Shown here: piece after piece, positions 1 to 8,523 of the stretch
Numbering within the stretch: position 1 is the first letter of the stretch
How the letters are laid out: each line of letters begins with the position of its first letter
Assembly: GCA_041579335.1 (NCBI GenBank)
Contig: JBFGFX010000001.1
Span: 150 to 64,149, forward strand
Direction: 5' to 3'
DNA from: Woeseiaceae bacterium
GTDB lineage: Bacteria; Pseudomonadota; Gammaproteobacteria; Steroidobacterales; Woeseiaceae
DNA: 64,000 bases
The notes under the pieces: generated by a model
Database searches by the model: none
Told to the model about the DNA's origin: nothing
Seen by the model: the letters and a program-made list of their open reading frames with translations, nothing else
Translations under genes and position numbers: made by a program

Positions 1-1072
1 GGTTGACGAGATCCACGGCGCGACGCCAGCGCGGCAGCGGCGCCTCGATGCCGCGTAGCGTTTTCGAATAGAAGTCGAAGTGCGCGAGATCGAATTGTTC
101 GTCGAGCAGCGCGGCGTTTGCGTTGATTGCCTTCCACTTCAGGAACGTCTTCCAGTCGTCGAGCGGCGTGTCCGTGATGATCCCGTCCAATGCTTTCATA
201 TGGTCGAGCTGTGTGATTACCACGCCGTCGATGTCCGCGATGCCCGCTTCGGTCAGGTAAGCGTCCCAGGCAAACTCGGGCATTAGCTCCGCGAGGCTTG
301 CCGTCGCAATCCTGTTGTACAGCGCCACCATGTCGCGGGTCTGTTCCTTGCGCATGTGCTCGTTCGCCATGCGCGTCTCCAGCGCCATGATCGTCTCGGC
401 CGCCTGGGCGCCGCGCTCCAACCCGGCAAGGTCGAACATCGTGGCGATGTGCGCGAGGTAGGCCGCGCGAATGCTTGCGGACTTCTCGTCCTCGAGAGAA
501 TAGTACTCCCGGTCGGGCAGTCCGAGGCCGCCTTGCCAGGTGTACATCATGTAGGTATTGGGGTCTTTGAAGTCGACGTACTGGGCGAGGGCAAACGGCA
601 TGTCGAATCCGATCTTGTTCGCCTCAGCGAAGTACACGGCGAGCGCGTCGTAATCATCCAGCGCGTCGATCCGCGCAAACTCCGCCGCGAGCGGTACGGC
701 GCCCAACTGGTTGCGAGTGTCCATGTCAATGTACGACGCGAACAGGTCGCCGACTTTCTGTTCGTCGCTCCCTCTGGCGAAGTCACCGGCTGCGGACTGC
801 TCGATGATGCTGCGGACGTGCTCCTGGGCCTCTTCGTGGAGAATGTAGCCGATGCCGTAGCTGGGCTTGTCGGCCGGAATTTCCGTCGCTCTAAGCCAGG
901 TTCCATTGACGAACGCATGGAAGTCGTCTCCGGGCCGCACGTCGAGGTCCATGTGCTCGAGCAGCAGCCCGCTGCGCGCTGGCGCCGCTGAGCTCGTGGC
1001 GGCCGGTTCCTGGCCGCACGCGGTGAGGAACAAGGTCAGCAAGAGCGCCGCGACGCTAGTCAGTTTATTCAC
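1..1072 (-). CDS. M13 family metallopeptidase (PepO/neprilysin-like) lipoprotein, N-terminal part; the 3' end lies beyond the window start
   Basis: Absent from the ORF track because it runs off the window. Read on the reverse strand from GTG 1072-1070 (AGGTGA upstream) it gives VNKLTSVAALLLTLFLTACGQ (lipobox LTAC). It continues with HMDLDVRPGDDFHAFVNGTWL and WQGGLGLPDREYY, both typical of the Peptidase_M13 N-terminal domain. The frame stays open to position 2. Confidence 0.85.
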   Translation of the reverse strand, partial: MNKLTSVAALLLTLFLTACGQEPAATSSAAPARSGLLLEHMDLDVRPGDDFHAFVNGTWLRATEIPADKPSYGIGYILHEEAQEHVRSIIEQSAAGDFARGSDEQKVGDLFASYIDMDTRNQLGAVPLAAEFARIDALDDYDALAVYFAEANKIGFDMPFALAQYVDFKDPNTYMMYTWQGGLGLPDREYYSLEDEKSASIRAAYLAHIATMFDLAGLERGAQAAETIMALETRMANEHMRKEQTRDMVALYNRIATASLAELMPEFAWDAYLTEAGIADIDGVVITQLDHMKALDGIITDTPLDDWKTFLKWKAINANAALLDEQFDLAHFDFYSKTLRGIEAPLPRWRRAVDLVN

Positions 1073-1202
1073 GATGAGTCACCTGCTTCGAGGCAAAGCT
1101 GTCAGAGGGCGGCTATTCTGACCGAGTCACGGAGAAAATGTTAGCTCGACGGGCCTATAATCGGGTGCCAGAAAAACAACAAGCAAGCCTCGCGATTCGA
1201 GC

Positions 1203-1343
1203 ATGACCACCTTCGTCGATCCTCTGCTGCGCGCATGCCAGTTCGGAGCCGACCGTACCGCTCTCATCTTCAAAGACCGGCGGACAAAGCATCGAGAGCT
1301 CGCATCCCGCTGCCGCCGTCTGGCCGGGCGGCGGGTCAACTGA
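1203..1343 (+). pseudogene. 46-codon remnant resembling the N-terminus of an AMP-dependent acyl-CoA synthetase/ligase
   Basis: My translation is MTTFVDPLLRACQFGADRTALIFKDRRTKHRELASRCRRLAGRRVN*. The pattern (D.TALI..D...T..EL..R.RRLAG) matches the start of adenylate-forming enzymes but stops after 46 codons. It is too short to appear in the ORF track. Confidence 0.35.
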
Positions 1344-1352
1344 TCTTACGTA

Positions 1353-2291
1353 TCAGTCGCGCAGGAAGGTCAGCGCGGCGCGCGCGGTCGGCCCGGGGAT
1401 CTCTTCCATCGGCACGTGCCCGACGCCCGGGTACACGATCAGTCTGGAATTCGGAATGTCGTCGGCGAAGCCGCGGCCGTCCGCGAGCGGAATCCAGCGA
1501 TCCTCGACGCCCCAGAGAATAAGCGTCGGTTGGCGGATCAGTCGATGATCCCCGTCGACATCGTCGCGGGCGTCCAGGGCCCGCTCGACGAACGCCGCAC
1601 GATTACCGGGGCGCAGAGAGAGCTCGAAGTGGCGATCGATCAGCTCGTCGTCGATCTTGCTCGGATCGCCGTACACTTCGTGGAGACTCACCTCGATCAG
1701 GCGGCGCGGCGACACGACGGTGAAGATCCGATTGACGATCGGGGTGCGAGCCAGCTTGAACACCAGCGACTCGTTGACGGGTTCGGGCCGCGGGTAGCCG
1801 GCCGCGTCGATGAGCACGAGTTTGTCGACCTGCTCGGGGTATGTCAGCGCATAGTTCCAGGCGATCCGGCCACCCAGCGAGTTGCCGGCCAGGTGAAATC
1901 GGTCGAGCGCGAGCGCGTCCGCGAAAGCGCGCAGGAATGCGACGTAGCCGGCCACGGTGTACTCGCCGCCAGGATCCGGGCCGGTCAGGCCGAAGCCCGG
2001 CAGGTCGAGGCGCACGATGTGGAAATCGCGCTGCAACGGCTCGATCCAGCCGTCCCAGGTGTGCAGGGACGCGCCGGTGCCGTGCAGCAATAACAGCACG
2101 GGCCCGCTGCCCTCGTCGCGATAGTGCACCGGCATGCCGAGCACGTCGACGTACTCCGATTCCGCGTTCGCGTACTTTCGTTTCAGGTCGACCAGCGGGA
2201 GGTCGCTCTGATAGTTGGCGAGAAACACCCCACCGCAGACTACCGCAATGATCGTCACGGCCCACAGGGTAACTGTCTTGCGCGTCTGCAT
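1353..2291 (-). CDS. alpha/beta fold hydrolase with an N-terminal membrane anchor
   Basis: This is the C-terminal 312 aa of track ORF 1353..4169. It starts MQTRKTVTLWAVTIIAVVCGGVF at ATG 2291. It has HGTGASLHTW, the nucleophile elbow GNSLGG and a C-terminal GVGHVPMEE. Confidence 0.85.
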   Translation of the reverse strand: MQTRKTVTLWAVTIIAVVCGGVFLANYQSDLPLVDLKRKYANAESEYVDVLGMPVHYRDEGSGPVLLLLHGTGASLHTWDGWIEPLQRDFHIVRLDLPGFGLTGPDPGGEYTVAGYVAFLRAFADALALDRFHLAGNSLGGRIAWNYALTYPEQVDKLVLIDAAGYPRPEPVNESLVFKLARTPIVNRIFTVVSPRRLIEVSLHEVYGDPSKIDDELIDRHFELSLRPGNRAAFVERALDARDDVDGDHRLIRQPTLILWGVEDRWIPLADGRGFADDIPNSRLIVYPGVGHVPMEEIPGPTARAALTFLRD

Positions 2292-2420
2292 CGATTCGGG
2301 ATCGGCGAGTCGTCCGGCACCGTTGTCGTATAATTGCCTCGTGAACGTACCCGGGTCGGACGTGAAAGCGCAAGACGTGGTGGCGTCGGCACCGCCGATC
2401 GTCGGCGAGGACCTCTGCGT

Positions 2421-2879
2421 ATGAGCCTTAACGCCGACGACCTGCAGGAGTATCTGAACGCGAACATACCGATCACGCGCGCGATGGGCGTTACCGTCGC
2501 GGACGCGGACTGGGACAGCGTCCGAATCGGCGCGCCGCTCGCTCCAAACACCAACCATCGCGACACGGTCTTCGGCGGCAGCGCTGCTGCAGTCGCGATC
2601 CTCGCCGCATGGGCGTTGTTGCACTTGAGGCTTACGTCCGAGGGCATCGACAGCCGACTCGTGATTCAGAGAAGCCGGATGCGCTACGACCGGCCGATCG
2701 ACGGCGATTTCACCGCCACGTCGTCGATTCCCGACGCCGCCGTCTGGCACCGCTTCTTGAAGATGCTGACGCAGAAGGGTCGCGGCCGGCTGGCCGTGCC
2801 CGTCACGGTCTACTGCGGTGAGGAATCCGTCGCGTCTTTCGAGGGTGAGTTCGTCGCGCTGGCCGGCGGCGGCGACTGA
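2421..2879 (+). CDS. YiiD C-terminal-type (hotdog fold) putative thioesterase
   Basis: Track ORF 2334..2879, start re-set to MSLNADDLQEYLNANIPITRAMG (ATG 2421). APLAPNTNHRDTVFGGSAAAVAILAAWALL is typical of the yiiD_Cterm thioesterase family. Confidence 0.75.
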   Translation: MSLNADDLQEYLNANIPITRAMGVTVADADWDSVRIGAPLAPNTNHRDTVFGGSAAAVAILAAWALLHLRLTSEGIDSRLVIQRSRMRYDRPIDGDFTATSSIPDAAVWHRFLKMLTQKGRGRLAVPVTVYCGEESVASFEGEFVALAGGGD

Positions 2880-4360
2880 CAGCCGTCGGCCCGAAGGTAG
2901 CTCGCCAGTCGCGAAATCGGTGTCTGCCCAGTGGTGTGCGAATTGACGACGAGCGTGCCGGCCGGCAGGTGCTTGACGGCCCAGTCCGCGAACCAGCACT
3001 CCGTGCCGAGGCGGTCCGCGCGCGGCACGTCGGCGTCCGAGTTCGGCACGTGCAGGTCCGATTGGTAGAACAGGCCGGCATCCACGGCCCAGACGCCGAG
3101 GGACGCGCTCACGTGCGGGCCGGCGCCGATCGAGACCAGCCGGACGCTGTTGCGATCGCCGTCGATCGTCAGGCTTCCGCTGACTGGGCGCACGCTCACC
3201 CGCGCGCCTCGCGCTCTCAGCCGATCGTCCGGCATCGTTTCGCGGTTCAGGGCCCGCTCGAGGAAGCCCGCGATCTCGGCCGGCGCGTAGACGCTGGCGC
3301 CGGCGGCGGCGAACGCGCGCGCGCCGCCTGAGTGATCGTCGTGGGCGTGCGTCAGCGCTACGGCCCGGATCCTCTGGTCCGGGAAGGACGTCTCGAGGAA
3401 GTCGATGAACCGCTCCGACAAGCCGCTGATGCCGAGCCCGGGGACAAGGTCGGCCGGCGGAATCTGGTGCAGCTCGACCCAGCCCGCCGGCGCGTCCGCT
3501 ACGACCAGGCCGTCGCCGGTCTCGACGACGAGGTGCTGGAAGCCGGTACGCACGCCGCTCACGGTATGCACACCGTCGGCGAGTGTCTCGAGCCGCATGT
3601 CGATGCGTGCGGGCCAGGCATCGCCTGGGACGTTGATCGGATCCCGATCCGGACTCGGGCGCCAAAGCGCCGCGGCTTCCTGCGGGCCGAGTTCGCGCCA
3701 GCGCGCTCGGCCGCTGAACACGATGGTGCCGTCGATAGCCAGGGACACGGTCGGCCGGTCGCCCGCGGACCAGTCCCAGTGCCAGCGAACCGGAACGCGC
3801 CCGCGCAGCGGCAGGTCGGCGGTCGTCGACAATTCGCGCAGCCTGCCGCCGCCGAAGCTTAGACGGACGGACGCATCGCTGCCGGGGTAGCGGACTACCC
3901 GCCAGTCGCCGTCCGGGCGAGACCACTCGGGATGCGCGACGATTTCCTCGACCAGGCGCCGCGGGTCGAGGCGCCGGTTGCGCAGCGCTTCGGCCTCGAC
4001 GCCCTCGGCCCCTTCGAACTCGATGTCCGGCGAGCGGCCGCCGTTGACGATCCGCACGAGATCGGGCGGCAGATAGGCGACCGTGAATTCGCCCGCCATG
4101 TCCGGGTTCGATAGGCCCTGGCCGGAGAATTGCACCCGCGCCGTTTCGTCCTCGGTGACGACGCACCAAAGCGCTCCGGAGAGCTCGCCGGGGACGGGCG
4201 CCATGCCCTGCAGGCGGGCGCCGAGGTCGAACTCGCCGTCGAGGCAGAATTCCGTCGCGGCGGCATCTGCGCCGTCTGGTGCGACCGCCGCGAGCGCGGC
4301 GAGCGCCGCGGACGCAAACGTTGACGCTCGCGCGCGAGCGGCTTTCGCGGCGTCAGTCAC
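2810..4360 (-). CDS. MBL-fold metallo-hydrolase with an N-terminal extra domain, probably exported
   Basis: Track ORF of 516 aa. It has an Ala-rich signal-like N-terminus and the metallo-beta-lactamase motif ALTHAHDDHSGGARAF. Its start overlaps the stop of the upstream gene by 8 nt. Confidence 0.8.
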   Translation of the reverse strand: MTDAAKAARARASTFASAALAALAAVAPDGADAAATEFCLDGEFDLGARLQGMAPVPGELSGALWCVVTEDETARVQFSGQGLSNPDMAGEFTVAYLPPDLVRIVNGGRSPDIEFEGAEGVEAEALRNRRLDPRRLVEEIVAHPEWSRPDGDWRVVRYPGSDASVRLSFGGGRLRELSTTADLPLRGRVPVRWHWDWSAGDRPTVSLAIDGTIVFSGRARWRELGPQEAAALWRPSPDRDPINVPGDAWPARIDMRLETLADGVHTVSGVRTGFQHLVVETGDGLVVADAPAGWVELHQIPPADLVPGLGISGLSERFIDFLETSFPDQRIRAVALTHAHDDHSGGARAFAAAGASVYAPAEIAGFLERALNRETMPDDRLRARGARVSVRPVSGSLTIDGDRNSVRLVSIGAGPHVSASLGVWAVDAGLFYQSDLHVPNSDADVPRADRLGTECWFADWAVKHLPAGTLVVNSHTTGQTPISRLASYLRADGCQSPPPASATNSPSKDATDSSPQ

Positions 4361-4901
4361 TGCGCGTCGCTCGAATCCGGTACACCTCGACCCAGGTCGC
4401 GCCGCCGTCGAAAGAGAATTCCAGGGTCCAGTTCCAGCCGTCGCCGTCCGGAGGATAGAACGTGATGCGCCGCGGCGGGTCTTGAGGCGGCGACCTGTAA
4501 CGCATCACGATGTTGCCGTTCTCGTCCTCTTTGGCACCGATGTGTGCGAATCCCGGCTGAGTGTTGATCGCCCAGGCGATATCCCACGACTCGGTGTCGG
4601 CATTGTATGTACGCAGGTTGGTGCCGACGTTGCCGTCGTCCGGTAACCAAAAGTCCTGGATCGCGGTGCCGTTGCCGATACAGACGAAGTTCCAGCGCGA
4701 CCCGTTTCCCGGCAGCCACTCGCTGCCATCCGGGCTGAGTCGCTGATCCTCGATGTCCCAGTTGCCCACGTAGCGGCCGAACTGGGCCAGCGGGCCCTCC
4801 ATGCAGGCGGCCGCGTTGTCGACCGGCAGCGCCGTCGGCTCGGCGCCGCTCGCTGCGGCCGCGAAGAGGATGACAAATGCAGTCGCTTTTGTGGTCGTCA
4901 C
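4353..4901 (-). CDS. secreted hypothetical protein
   Basis: Track ORF of 182 aa with signal peptide MTTTKATAFVILFAAAASGAEP. Composition is coding-like and I recognise no domain. Confidence 0.7.
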   Translation of the reverse strand: MTTTKATAFVILFAAAASGAEPTALPVDNAAACMEGPLAQFGRYVGNWDIEDQRLSPDGSEWLPGNGSRWNFVCIGNGTAIQDFWLPDDGNVGTNLRTYNADTESWDIAWAINTQPGFAHIGAKEDENGNIVMRYRSPPQDPPRRITFYPPDGDGWNWTLEFSFDGGATWVEVYRIRATRSD

Positions 4902-5034
4902 GATGATCCCCCGCCAGATGCTTACTTCATGTGACCTTCATAGTGCGGCAATTACTGCAGCGAATGCCGTACCGGGGCGACTAAAGAAAGCGGATGGTCA
5001 ACCGACTATTAAGGAGTCACGCCGGAGAGCATCC

Positions 5035-5997
5035 ATGCTGAAGCCGCCACTGCCGCTCAACGAGACCGAGCGCCTGATGAGCCTGCATTCGCTGCACATC
5101 CTCGATACTCCCGCGGAGGATCGCTTCGACCGCATCACGCGGATGGCCAAGCGTCTGTTCGGTGTCGAGATGTGCCTCATAAGCCTCGTCGACTCGAAGC
5201 GTCAGTGGTTCAAATCCAAGCAGGGCCTGAATAGTTGCCAGACCTCTCGCGAAGTGTCGTTCTGCGGCCACGCGATCCTGCACGACGAGGTGTTCATCGT
5301 CGGCGACGCGAGCGTCGATCCTCGCTTCGAGGACAATCCGCTGGTCACCGGGCCGCCGTTCGTGCGCTTCTACGCCGGCTGCCCGGTGCGCGGGCCCCAG
5401 GGACATCGCGTCGGCACGCTGTGCCTGATCGACGTGAGCCCGCGCGGGCTGTCGACCGACGAGCAGGCGATGCTCAAGGTTCTCGCCGCGCTCGTCGAGG
5501 ACGAGCTCAAGGTTACGGCGGAGGGGACCGTCGATAATCTGACGCAGATTGCCAATCGGCGCGGTTTCCACACGGTCGCCGCGCATCTGCTGTCGCTTTG
5601 CCGCCGCACCAAAACCGATGCGGAGCTGGTGTTGTTCGACCTGGACGGCTTCGAGGCGGTCAACGACACCCTCGGCCGTCAGGCCGGCGATGCGCTCTTA
5701 CAGCGCTTCGCGACGCTGCTGATCGAATGTTTTCGTTCCGCGGACGTCGTGGCGCGGCTCGGCGGCGACGAGTTCGTCGTGCTGATGACCGCATCGAGCG
5801 ACCTGTCCGAGGTCGCGCTCGAACGCCTGGCAAGAAGCGCCGAGGCCGACGACTGTCAGGTTCTGCGCCAGCTCGGCTGGAACGCCCGGTCGATCCGCTT
5901 CGACCCAGAGCGGCACGACTCGGTCGACGCGATGCTCGGCGATGCCGATGCGATGATGGCCGCGCAGAGATTCGAGCGCCGCGATACCGGCAGCTAA
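5035..5997 (+). CDS. GAF domain-containing diguanylate cyclase (GGDEF) with an intact I-site
   Basis: Track ORF 4801..5997, start re-set to MLKPPLPLNETERL (ATG 5035). It has a GAF-like segment (ISLVDSKRQWFKS ... FYAGCPV). The motif RSADVVARLGGDEFVV gives RxxD five residues before GGDEF. Confidence 0.85.
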   Translation: MLKPPLPLNETERLMSLHSLHILDTPAEDRFDRITRMAKRLFGVEMCLISLVDSKRQWFKSKQGLNSCQTSREVSFCGHAILHDEVFIVGDASVDPRFEDNPLVTGPPFVRFYAGCPVRGPQGHRVGTLCLIDVSPRGLSTDEQAMLKVLAALVEDELKVTAEGTVDNLTQIANRRGFHTVAAHLLSLCRRTKTDAELVLFDLDGFEAVNDTLGRQAGDALLQRFATLLIECFRSADVVARLGGDEFVVLMTASSDLSEVALERLARSAEADDCQVLRQLGWNARSIRFDPERHDSVDAMLGDADAMMAAQRFERRDTGS

Positions 5998-6599
5998 CCG
6001 CTCGAGCGAGGCATTGGCTCGAAACCAGCGAGCCGCTCGACTTCCGCCAGCCAACGCTCGATCGCCGCATACGGGGCGAGATCGAGACCACCCTCATCGG
6101 CGACGCGGACGTAAGAGTACATCGCGACGTCGGCGATCGTGGCTCGGTCGGCGGCGAGCCAGCTGCGGCCATCGAGGTGCGCCTGCATCCAGTCGAACAG
6201 GCGTTTCGCCCACCCGCGGGCGGCGTCCACGTCGATGTCCCGTTTGAACATCACCGCCGCGCGGCACAGCGCCGGGCCGCGGTACAGCTCGCCCGAGGCG
6301 GTCGAGAGCCAGCGCTGCACCGCCGCCGCGCCGGTCGGATCCTCCGGCAGCCAGTCTTCGCGCTGATGCTTCTTCGCGAGGTAGATCAGCGCCGCGGTCG
6401 AGTCGGTGATGACGACCGTGTCGTCGACGAGCGTGGGGACCTGCCCCAAGGGGTTCAGCGCCAGGTAGTCGGGGGTGCGATGCGCACCGCTGCGGGCGTC
6501 GACGTCCACCCTGTCGTAGTCGACGCCGAGTAGCGAGAGGAACAGGCGGACCCGATGGCAGTGGCCGGAAGTATGCATGTCATAGAGGGTGATGGACAT
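5994..6599 (-). CDS. glutathione S-transferase family protein
   Basis: Track ORF 5994..6671, start re-set to [21 protein letters not shown] (ATG 6599). [13 protein letters not shown] is typical of the GST N-terminal domain. Confidence 0.85.
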   Translation of the reverse strand: MSITLYDMHTSGHCHRVRLFLSLLGVDYDRVDVDARSGAHRTPDYLALNPLGQVPTLVDDTVVITDSTAALIYLAKKHQREDWLPEDPTGAAAVQRWLSTASGELYRGPALCRAAVMFKRDIDVDAARGWAKRLFDWMQAHLDGRSWLAADRATIADVAMYSYVRVADEGGLDLAPYAAIERWLAEVERLAGFEPMPRSSG

Positions 6600-6694
6600 G
6601 CGGCGATCATAGCAGGCTGCGCCGCCTCGGCTACGTAGTAGCCGCGTTTTCGCGTACCATCGCGCGTGCACATCGCCGGCCGCGGAGTGATTGG

Positions 6695-7060
6695 ATGACG
6701 TATCGAGCGATCAATTTTGCGCGGAAGCTCGGCCTGTTCAGCGAGCACTGGCAGCCGAAGATCATCGCCGAGATGAACGATTACCAGTTCAAGCTCGTCA
6801 AGATCAAAGGCGACTTCGTGTGGCACGAGCACTCGGACACCGACGAGACGTTCATCGTGCTCGAAGGCAAGCTGCGCATCGACTTTCGCGACGGCGCCGT
6901 CGACGTGGCGGTGGGAGAAATGTTCGTGGTGCCGAAGGGCGTGGAGCACAAGCCGTATGCCGCCGAAGAGGTCAAGCTGTTACTGATCGAGCCGCGCGGC
7001 GTCAAGAACACCGGCGAGGCGGGCGGCGAGCGGACGGCGGACGGCGACGTGTGGATCTGA
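6695..7060 (+). CDS. cupin domain protein
   Basis: Track ORF of 121 aa. [26 protein letters not shown] ... [10 protein letters not shown] is a cupin motif pair. Confidence 0.8.
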   Translation: MTYRAINFARKLGLFSEHWQPKIIAEMNDYQFKLVKIKGDFVWHEHSDTDETFIVLEGKLRIDFRDGAVDVAVGEMFVVPKGVEHKPYAAEEVKLLLIEPRGVKNTGEAGGERTADGDVWI

Positions 7061-7067
7061 CGCCGAG

Positions 7068-7093
7068 CGGAGCCCGCATCGGCGCGGGCTCCG
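7068..7093. terminator. GC-rich hairpin between convergent genes, a possible bidirectional terminator
   Basis: cggagcccgc (7068-7077) pairs with gcgggctccg (7084-7093) around a 6-nt loop. There is no clear U-tract. Confidence 0.45.
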
Positions 7094-7100
7094 GCTCCAG

Positions 7101-7508
7101 TTACTGTGCCGCCTCGATGTTCTCGTCGAGCCCCTTCTTGAGCATCTCGATGGCCTCATCGGCGCGGCCCGTCTCCTTGAGCGTATCGCCAAGCATCAGG
7201 TAGGCCGCATTGCGGATGGCCGGGTTACGGCTCTCGTTCAGCACCTCTTTCAGGACCTCGACTGAGCGGGCCTTTTCGCCACGCTCCTCGTAGACCTCTT
7301 GGATCTTCTGCATCTGCATGATGGCGGCTTTCTCGGCGTCCGAGCTGATCTCGTGCGTGGCCTCGATGATCGAGAAGTAGTCGGTCATGATCTCGAGGAA
7401 AGTCTGCATGAGCTCGAGCTCTTCCGTTGTCTGGGCGTGCGAGGCGGGCGCGAGCGCCAGCATCAGGCTGGCGGTCATGGCCGCCATGAGGGTCGTTGTC
7501 TTACGCAT
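7101..7508 (-). CDS. periplasmic helical/TPR-like hypothetical protein, third gene of the ECF sigma operon
   Basis: Track ORF of 135 aa with signal peptide MRKTTTLMAAMTASLMLALAPASHAQ. It overlaps the upstream gene by 8 nt. Confidence 0.65.
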   Translation of the reverse strand: MRKTTTLMAAMTASLMLALAPASHAQTTEELELMQTFLEIMTDYFSIIEATHEISSDAEKAAIMQMQKIQEVYEERGEKARSVEVLKEVLNESRNPAIRNAAYLMLGDTLKETGRADEAIEMLKKGLDENIEAAQ

Positions 7509-7899
7509 AGTCCGTCTCCTTCTGGACGTCAGTCTTGATGTCGAAAAACGATCGTGGTTTCGGTGGGTTCAGTTTCGGCTTGGCCGGCAGGGGCGGGGTC
7601 TTGACGCTGCGCAGATTGCTCAGGCTCGGCGCCCGTGCAGACGGCTTCACCCGTGCCACGCGCGACAGCAGCGACAGCGACGGCGTGCTCGCCGTCGCCG
7701 ACTGCGCGTCCTGACGGTCGATCAGGTTCGGCGTCACCGCGACGACCGCGACGGCCACCGCTACCGTGGCGACCGCGGGGATCCACGAGCGCTGTCGGTG
7801 CGCTCGATCGCCCAGCTGCGCCTTGATTCGCGTCGCAAGATGTGCGGGCGCCTCGATGCTGCGATAGTCGCGTTTCAGTTTGTTCAGGTCATCGCTCAT
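7501..7899 (-). CDS. putative anti-sigma factor (single-pass membrane protein)
   Basis: Track ORF of 132 aa. It sits directly downstream of the ECF sigma gene with an ATGA overlap (7896-7899). One hydrophobic helix is present (WIPAVATVAVAVAVVAVTP). Confidence 0.6.
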   Translation of the reverse strand: MSDDLNKLKRDYRSIEAPAHLATRIKAQLGDRAHRQRSWIPAVATVAVAVAVVAVTPNLIDRQDAQSATASTPSLSLLSRVARVKPSARAPSLSNLRSVKTPPLPAKPKLNPPKPRSFFDIKTDVQKETDYA

Positions 7900-8453
7900 T
7901 GTGTTGCTCCCTTTCGATCGGAGGCGCGCTCGAGGTCGAGTTGCAGTCGCCGGGTCGCTTTGTGCAAGAGTGCCTTCACGGTCCCTTCTCGGCAGCCCAT
8001 CGCGGTCGCAGTCTCTCTGACGGACAGGTCCTCGAAGATGCGCAGCAGGACGACCTCGCGCTGCCTCGCCGGCAGCACCGAGACTAGCTGGCGTACGCGC
8101 CGTGCGGCCTGGAGATCCGCGATCTGCTGCTCAGGGGTTCTGCCGGCGTCGCGCGGCTCGGAGTCGAGCGCTTCGCCGCGGCGCCTGCGATTGAACTCGC
8201 TGCAGACGTTTCTCGTCATCCGGTACAGCCAGGTAAACGGCGCGGACCGGAACCGAAACCCCGCGAGGCCTTTGAAGCTCCGCAGGAAGACTTCCTGGGC
8301 CACGTCGACCGCCTGCTGCTCGTCGTAGAGCCAAACGCAGGCGAGCCGGTAGACGCGGTCCTGAAAACGCGTAACGATCGCGTCGAACGCGCTCTTGTCG
8401 CCGGACTTGAATCGCTTGACCAGTTCCACATCGGAGATGTCATCCACACTCAT
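7896..8453 (-). CDS. RNA polymerase ECF-type sigma-70 factor
   Basis: Track ORF of 185 aa. Region 2 (VDVAQEVFLRSFKGL ... FTWLYRMTRN) and region 4 (LPARQREVVLLRIFEDLSVRETATAMGCREGTVKALLHKATRRL) are both recognisable. Confidence 0.9.
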   Translation of the reverse strand: MSVDDISDVELVKRFKSGDKSAFDAIVTRFQDRVYRLACVWLYDEQQAVDVAQEVFLRSFKGLAGFRFRSAPFTWLYRMTRNVCSEFNRRRRGEALDSEPRDAGRTPEQQIADLQAARRVRQLVSVLPARQREVVLLRIFEDLSVRETATAMGCREGTVKALLHKATRRLQLDLERASDRKGATQ

Positions 8454-8523
8454 TACGGTCGATCTATTCCATTAGTGCACGCGCCTGGTGACCGGTTTAC
8501 TGTAGTCCAAGCGTCGTGGCGAT

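Noticed and set aside
1353-4169. 938-aa track ORF that appears to be one very large protein
   Set aside because: Only the C-terminal 312 aa (from ATG 2291) look like a real alpha/beta hydrolase. The upstream 626 codons are Arg/Pro/Ala-rich low-complexity sequence. They run antisense to the well-supported thioesterase and MBL genes, which is a typical open-frame artefact of high-GC DNA.
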